From Malacoraja senta (taxonomy: Eukaryota), in NCBI GenBank assembly GCA_038087875.1, contig JAXLNO010000043.1, forward strand, positions 186,001 through 233,168: a stretch of 47,168 nucleotides of DNA, written 5' to 3'. The position numbers and the translations under genes are program-made. The notes beneath the pieces were generated by a model. That model was given only the letters and a program-made list of their open reading frames with translations. It made no database searches and was not told where the DNA came from. Below, piece by piece: positions 41,050 to 47,168 of this stretch (positions are counted from its first letter, which is position 1; each line of letters opens with the position of its first letter).

Positions 41050-41266
41050 ACTCACCTCCAGGCAGGTCGACGGGCCACAAATCCCTCCTCATCCTCCCAC
41101 GGCCTAGTCCGGCCTACACTCACCTCCAGGCAGGTCAACGGGCCCACAAATCCCCTCCTCATCCTCCCACGGCCTAGTCCGGCCTAGGTCAGGCCTACAC
41201 TCACCTCCAGGCAGGTCGACGGGCCCACAAATCCCCTCCTCATCCTCCCACGGCCTAGTCCGGCCT
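41048..41266. repeat. 70-bp GC-rich minisatellite x3
   Basis: Unit ACACTCACCTCCAGGCAGGTCGACGGGCCCACAAATCCCCTCCTCATCCTCCCACGGCCTAGTCCGGCCT starts at 41048, 41116 and 41197. Confidence 0.95.
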
Positions 41267-41598
41267 ACTGAGTTGGATGATCAGCCATGATCATATTGAA
41301 TGGCGGTGCAGGCTTGAAGGGCGAATGGCCTACTCCTGCACATGTTTTCTATGTTTCTATGTTTCTAAATATTTTCAAGATGTAGCGTCTCGGACATGTT
41401 AATAATGATTACGTAAAATAGTTGACATCTGCTGCTATGTATGCTTCCATATACTTTGTATAAAACTTATATAATTCAATATAAGCAAGACGGCTCTTAG
41501 GGATCGGCAGTGAGGCAGCGGCCTTGTGAGGGAAGTGCCCTGTGAGAAAAGTGAGAGTATTTGGCTCGAGAGTCTTCGGCGAGGAGGCTGAGGAGAGG

Positions 41599-43948
41599 AA
41601 TTCCACAAATTCACAACCCTCTGGGTGGAAAAGTTTTTTCTCACCTCAGTCTTAAATGACCTCCCCTTTATTCTAAGACTGTGGCCCCTGGTTCTGGACT
41701 CGCCCAACATTGGGAACATTTTTCCTGCATCTAGCTTGTCCATTCCTTTTATAATTTTATATGTTTCTATAAGATCCCCCTCATCCTTCTAAACTCCAGT
41801 GAATACAACCGTAGTCTTTTCAATCTTTCCTCATATGACAGACCCGCCATCCCAGGGTTCAAACTCGTGAACCTACGCTGCACTGCCTCAATCACAAGGA
41901 TGTACCTTCCTCAAATTAGGACACCAAAACTGTACACAATACTCCAGGTGTGGTCTCACCAGAGCCCTATACAACTGCAGAAGAACCTCTTTACTCCTGA
42001 ATCTCCTTGTTATGAAGGCCAACATTCCATTAGCTTCTTCACTGCCTGCTGTACCTGCACACCAACTTTCAGTGACCGGTGTACAAGGACACCCAGGTCT
42101 CGCTGCACCTCCCCCCTTAACTATCCTAACCCCATTGAGATAATAATCTGCCCCCTTGTTTTTGCCGCCAAAGTGGATAACCTCACATTTATCTTTATTA
42201 TACTGCATCTGCCATGCATCTGCCCACTCACTCAACCTGTCCAGGTCACCCTGCAAAGTCCTAACATCCTTTTCACAGTTCACACTGCCACCCAGCTTTG
42301 TGTCATCCGCAAACTTGCTAGTGTTGCTCCTAATTCCCTCTTCCAAATCATTAATAATATGGTAAACAGTTGCGGCCCCAACACCGAGCCTTGCGGCACT
42401 CCACTCGCCACTGCATGCCATTCTGAAAAAGGACCCGTTCACTCCTACTCTTTGCTTCCAGTCTACCAACCAGTTTTCTATCCATGTCAACACACAACCC
42501 CCAATACCATGTGCTCTAATTTTAGTAACCAGTCTCCCATGCGGGACCTTATCAAAGGCTTTCTGAACGTCTAGATACACCACATCCACTGGCACCCCTT
42601 CATCCATTTTACTTGTCACATCCTCAAAAAATTCCAGAAGATTAGTCAAGCATGATATCCCTTTCATAAATCCATGTCTGCCTTCAAGGGACCCACATTT
42701 GACTTTGCTACTCTTTTTCCCTTAACATATCTAAAGAAGCTTTTACTGTCCTTCTTTATATTCCTGGCCAGTTTCCCTCGTACTTCATCTTTTCAGCCCG
42801 TATTGCCCGTTTTGTTTCCTTCTGTTGTCCTATGAAAGTTTCCCAATCCTCTGGCTTCCGGCTACTCTTTGCTGTGTTATATATCTTTTATTTTAGTTTT
42901 ATTCTATCCCTAACTTCTCTTGTCAGCCACGGTTGCCTCCTACTCCCCTTAGAATCTTTCTTCCTTTTTGGAATGAAATGATCCTGCGTCTTCCAGATTA
43001 TGCCCAGAAATTCCTGCCATTGCTGTTCCACCGTCATTCCTGCCAGGATCCCTTTCCAGTCTACTTTGGCCAGCTCTCTTCTCATGCCTTCATAGTCCCC
43101 TTTGTTCAACTGCATCACTGCCACTTCTGATTTAACGTTCTCCTTCTCAAATTGCAGATTAAAACTAATCATATTATGATCACTACCTCCAAGCGGTTCC
43201 TTTACCTCGAGTTCTCTTATCATATCTGGTTCATTGGACAACACTAAATCCAGAATTGCCTTTTCTCTGGTCGGCTCCATTACAAGCTGCTCTAAGAATC
43301 CATCTCGGAGGCACTCTACAAACTCTCATTCTTGGGGTCCTGAACCAACCTGATTTCCCCAGTCTACCTGCATATTGAAATCCCCAATGACGACAGTGGC
43401 ATTACCTTTGTTACATGTCAGTTTTAACTCCTGCTGCAACTTACACCCTACATCCGGGCTACTATTTGGGGGTCTGTAAATAACACCAATTAGTTTCTTC
43501 TTGCCTTTACAATTCTTCAACTCAATCCACAGTGACTCTACCTCGTCAGTCCCTATGTCTTCCCTCGCAAGGAACTGAATTCCCTCCCTCACCAGTAGAG
43601 CTACCCCCCTCCTCTGCCCACCCGCCTGTCCTTTCTATAGGATGTATAACCCTGAATATCATGTTGCCAGGCCCGATCCTCCTGCAGCCACGTCTCAGTA
43701 ATCCCCACAATGTCATATCTACCAACCTCTAACTGAGCCTCAAGCTCATCTACTTTACTTCTTATACTTCGTGCATTCATATACAATACCTTTAGTTCCT
43801 TACGCATCTCACCTTTCACATCGATCCTTATTACACATGGCCATACTCTCCTATCCCTTTGTGAGCTTCCTTTCCCGTTAATTCTGGGGTCATCAACCCT
43901 CCCTTTACTCTCTTCCCTTCAACTCCATCATCGACTATCCCAATGGCC
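41599..43948 (-). mobile_element. CR1b, third (diverged) copy with a 486-bp internal deletion
   Basis: Colinear with 23661-26487. The junction ATCCATGTCTGCC at ~42670 joins CCATGT at 24733-24738 to CCATGT at 25219-25224. Confidence 0.93.
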
Positions 43949-45199
43949 ATGAGGGGTGGGTCAAGAGGATGGGGTCAGTTGGAGACGGGAAAAGGGATGA
44001 TCAATGGGGGCGAGGACTCCTTCCCGTGGAAGAACGGTGTGAGGCGGAGGCGACGGAAGGAGTGCTCCAAATCGCGGTAGGCGCGGAACTCGTTGAGGCG
44101 GGGGACGGAGGGGGACAAAGGTGAGGCCTCTGCTGAGGACTGACCATTCGGTATCTGAGAGGGGGAGGTCAGGGGGGATGGTGAACACACGGCAGGGATG
44201 GGAGTTGGGGCCGGAGGAAGGCAGGTAAGTGGACTGAGGCGATGGTGGCCGATTAGGAAAAGGGGAGATGCAACGAGACCTGGGTGTCATGGTACACCAG
44301 TCATTGAAAGTATGCATGCAGGTGCAGCAGGCAGTGAAGAATGCGAATGGTATGTTAGCATTCATAGCAAAAGGATTTGAGTATAGGAGCAGGGAGGTTC
44401 TACTGCAGTTGTACAGGGTCTTGGTGAGACCACACCTGGAGTATTTCGTACAGTTTTGGTCTCCTAATCTGAGGAAAGACATTCTTGCCATAGAGGGAGT
44501 ACAGAGAAGGTTCACCAGACTGATTCCTGTGATGGCAGGACTTTCATATGAAGAAAGACTGGATAGACTCGGCTTGTACTCGCTAGAATTTAGAAGATTG
44601 AGGGGGATCTTATAGAAACTTACAAAATTCTTAAGGGTTTGGACAGGCTAGATGCAGGAAGATTGTTCCCGATGTTGGGGAAGTCCAGAACAAGGGGTCA
44701 CAGTTTAAGGATAAGGGGGCTGTCTTTTCGGACCGAGATGAGAAAAACATTTTTCACACAGAGAGTGGTGAATCTCTGGAATTCTCTGCCACTGAAGGCA
44801 GTTGAGGCCTGTTCATTGGCTATAATTAATAGGGAGTTAGATGTGGTCCTTGTGGCTAAAGGGATCAGGGGGTATGGAGAGAAGGCAGGTACAGGATGCT
44901 GAGTTGGATGATCAGCCATGATCATATAGAATGGCGGTGCAGGCTCGAAGGGCCGAATGGCCTACTCCTGCACCTATTTTCTATGTTTCTATGTCCTCTC
45001 CACAACAAATATAAACCTCACCTGCATTTTAATCCCCCCCCCACCCCCAACAACACCAAAGCCTCCTGTATCGCAAGCACAGCGCCACCGATGGTAGGGT
45101 TTGTAACAACGCCACTATGTCAAAAGTTTTATACACCTCGGTGGAGCGGGCCGCGGCCCCCCTAGATCTCGAGGCCCTAAACTTAAGCTTGTCTGGCTC

Positions 45200-45368
45200 A
45201 TACGTAAATCCGGCCCTGGTGGGAGGAAACCGGAGCGCCCGGGGAAAACCCACGCAGGTCAAGGGGAGAGAGAACGTGCAAACTCCGTACAGTCAGCGCC
45301 CGTGGTCGGGATGGAACCGGGGTATCTGGCGCCGTGAGGCGGCAACTCTACCGCTGGGCCATCGTGAT
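45200..45368 (-). mobile_element. tRNA-derived SINE (HE1-like) 5' half, CpG-rich
   Basis: Minus strand CACGATGGCCCAGCGGTAGAGTTGCCGCCTCACGGCGCCAGATACCCCGGTTCCATCCCG...GGAGTTTGCACGTTCTC...GCGTGGGTTTTCCCCGGGCGCTCCGGTTTCCTCCCAC. Confidence 0.85.
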
Positions 45369-46092
45369 GACCAGAGAGGGAGGGAGAGGTGAATACTTCT
45401 CTCTCCCTCTCTCACTCGTCCCTCTCCCTCCCCCTCCTTTTTCCTCTCCATCCCACCCTCAATGCACCAAAAAAACAACATAAAAAACACCCCGGAACCA
45501 ACATTCGGTGTTTCGCCCTCCACCCGGACGCTTGAGAACCGCCGTCCCGCTTTGCCAGCGCCGTTGCGCTGCCCTAAAGCGTCCCCCTCCCGCCGGGAAG
45601 CGCCTCGGGAATGCAGCAGTGAATAGCAGGTAAAGATAAAAAGCGCTGCCATGCAGCGGGGGAGGCAGCAATGCAGCCAGTGATGCATGCATTCCCTTTA
45701 ATGCAGTAGGGGGGGCATGCACAGGCGCTGGCAAGCGGTTCAACATAATTTACAACTCACACTAAATCCACACTTAATGTGGCCTTGCAGGCCGATTTCT
45801 GTCTCATTTCCAAACCATTTGCCCCAATAACTCCTCCAAAGTCACCAAGCCGACCCTGCGGGACAACGGTGTGGATGCGGGGAGCCCAGAGCGTCCGGAA
45901 AAGGCCTTTCTGCCCATTTTACTCCTGCTAGCCCACACTTGGCATTGACTGCATTGGACCTTTCTGAATTTGTAGTCAGCAGGGCAGTTCTCTGCATATC
46001 GCCAACCTACCGAGTCCACTCCGCCTTGCAACCATGGCTGACCTTCTCCCCCTCTCTCTCCCACCCCTCTCTCTCCCCCCACCTCTCTCTCC

Positions 46093-46365
46093 CACAGGCA
46101 TAAGCTCAGGGGGCGACGGGGCCTTTGCGGTTGCAGCCCCTAGACTGGAACAGCATCCCCTTTCCCATCAGAACTGCCTCCTCCATCGACTCTTTTAAGT
46201 CTAGACTATAAACTTATCTATACTCCCAAGCCTTTCCTGACGTCCTCTGAGTGAGGGCTACATGTATATATGTATGTAGTTTGTGTTGTTTGTGCCTAAA
46301 CAAATGGTAAAGCACTGCTAATTGTTTTTTAAATGAGTTATATAAATAAATATGACTTGACTTGA
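46093..46365 (+). mobile_element. L2 LINE 3' end
   Basis: Frameshifted G-DGAFAVAAPRL-WNSIPFPIRTASSIDSFKSRL-TYLYSQAF; AAATAAA followed by a (GACTT)n tail. Confidence 0.85.
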
Positions 46366-46733
46366 TCTCTGCCTCTATCCCCCTCTCTCCCTCCCCTCCC
46401 CCTCTCCTCTCCCCTCTCACTCCCCTCCCTCTCCCCCTCTTCTCCCTCCCCCTCTCCCCCACTCTCCCCTCTCTGCCTCTCTCACTCCCCCTCTGCGTCT
46501 CTCTCCCCCTCCCTCTCTCCCCCTCTATCTCCCCCTTCTCTGCCTCTCTCCCCCTCTTCCTCTCCCTCTCTCTCCCACCTCTCTCTCCCCCTCCCTCTCT
46601 CCCCATCTTCCTCTCCCTCTCTCTCTCTGCCTCTCTCTCTCCCCCTCTTCCTCTCCATCTCTCTCTCTCTCTCTCCCTCTCTTGCCCTCTCTGCCTCTCT
46701 CTCTCCCCCTCTCTGCCTCTCCCTCTCTCTCTC

Positions 46734-46791
<58 letters not shown>

Positions 46792-46872
46792 TCACCCCAC
46801 CCCCCTCTCTGCCCATCTCTCTCTCCCTCTCTCCACCTCTCTGCCCATCTCTCTCTCCCCTCTCCCTCCATC
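46366..46872. repeat. Polypyrimidine (CT)-rich low-complexity tract
   Basis: Directly visible; includes a perfect (CT)n run at ~46736-46787. Confidence 0.97.
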
Positions 46873-47168
46873 CCTGGTGAGACCACACCTGGAGTATTGT
46901 GTGGAGCTTTGGTCCCCTAATTTGAGGAAGGACATTCTTGCTATTGAGGGAGCCCAGCATAGGTTCACCAGGTTAATTCCGGGATGGCGGGACTGTCATA
47001 TGCTGAGAGAATGGAGCGGCTGGGCTTGTACACTCTGGAGTTTAGAAGGATGAGAGGGAATCTTATGAAACATATAAGATTATTAAGGGTTTGGACACGC
47101 TAGAGGCAGGAAACATGTTCCCGATTTTGGGGGAGTCCAGAACCAGGGGCCATAGTTTAAGAATATGG
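46873..47168 (+). mobile_element. CR1 RT C-terminal fragment (runs off window end)
   Basis: LVRPHLEYCVELWSPNLRKDILAIEGAQHRFTRLIPG. Confidence 0.93.

Noticed and set aside
41048..41266. Possible CRISPR-like array
   Set aside because: Contiguous 70-bp repeats without unique spacers, no cas genes, vertebrate context; it is a minisatellite.
46214..47053. Arg-Glu-rich and Leu-Ser-Pro-rich ORFs
   Set aside because: Translations of the CT-rich tract fused to a CR1 fragment.

Overview
Eukaryotic, almost entirely repeat-derived DNA. The repeat repertoire (CR1 LINEs with (TTTCTATG)n tails, HE1-like tRNA SINE, Penelope-type short repeats, Rex1/Babar, L1, L2) points to a cartilaginous fish, probably a skate or ray; this is an inference. 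No intact host gene, rRNA, tRNA or CRISPR array is supported. Layout: (1) 1-10.6 kb: two tail-to-tail DIRS1-type tyrosine-recombinase retrotransposons around a truncated L1. One is partial; the other is full length (5543-10617) with ITRs, ICR and gag/RT/RNaseH/methyltransferase/YR remnants. (2) 10.9-19.5 kb: a tandem duplication in which each copy has its own Rex1/Babar insertion. (3) 22.1-45.0 kb: an ~8.8-kb unit repeated about 2.6 times, built from a four-level nest (L1 > CR1 > non-autonomous DNA transposon > SINE and Penelope solo repeats with a minimal hammerhead-ribozyme motif). (4) A short CpG-rich, apparently unique island at 45.0-46.1 kb. I cannot support a claim of a wholly new biological system. 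The best leads are the shared YR frameshift in two independently inserted DIRS copies, the hammerhead-bearing solo repeat with a TSD, the 7-bp-TSD composite transposon, and the chimeric macrosatellite. Family names come from motif recognition, not database searches.
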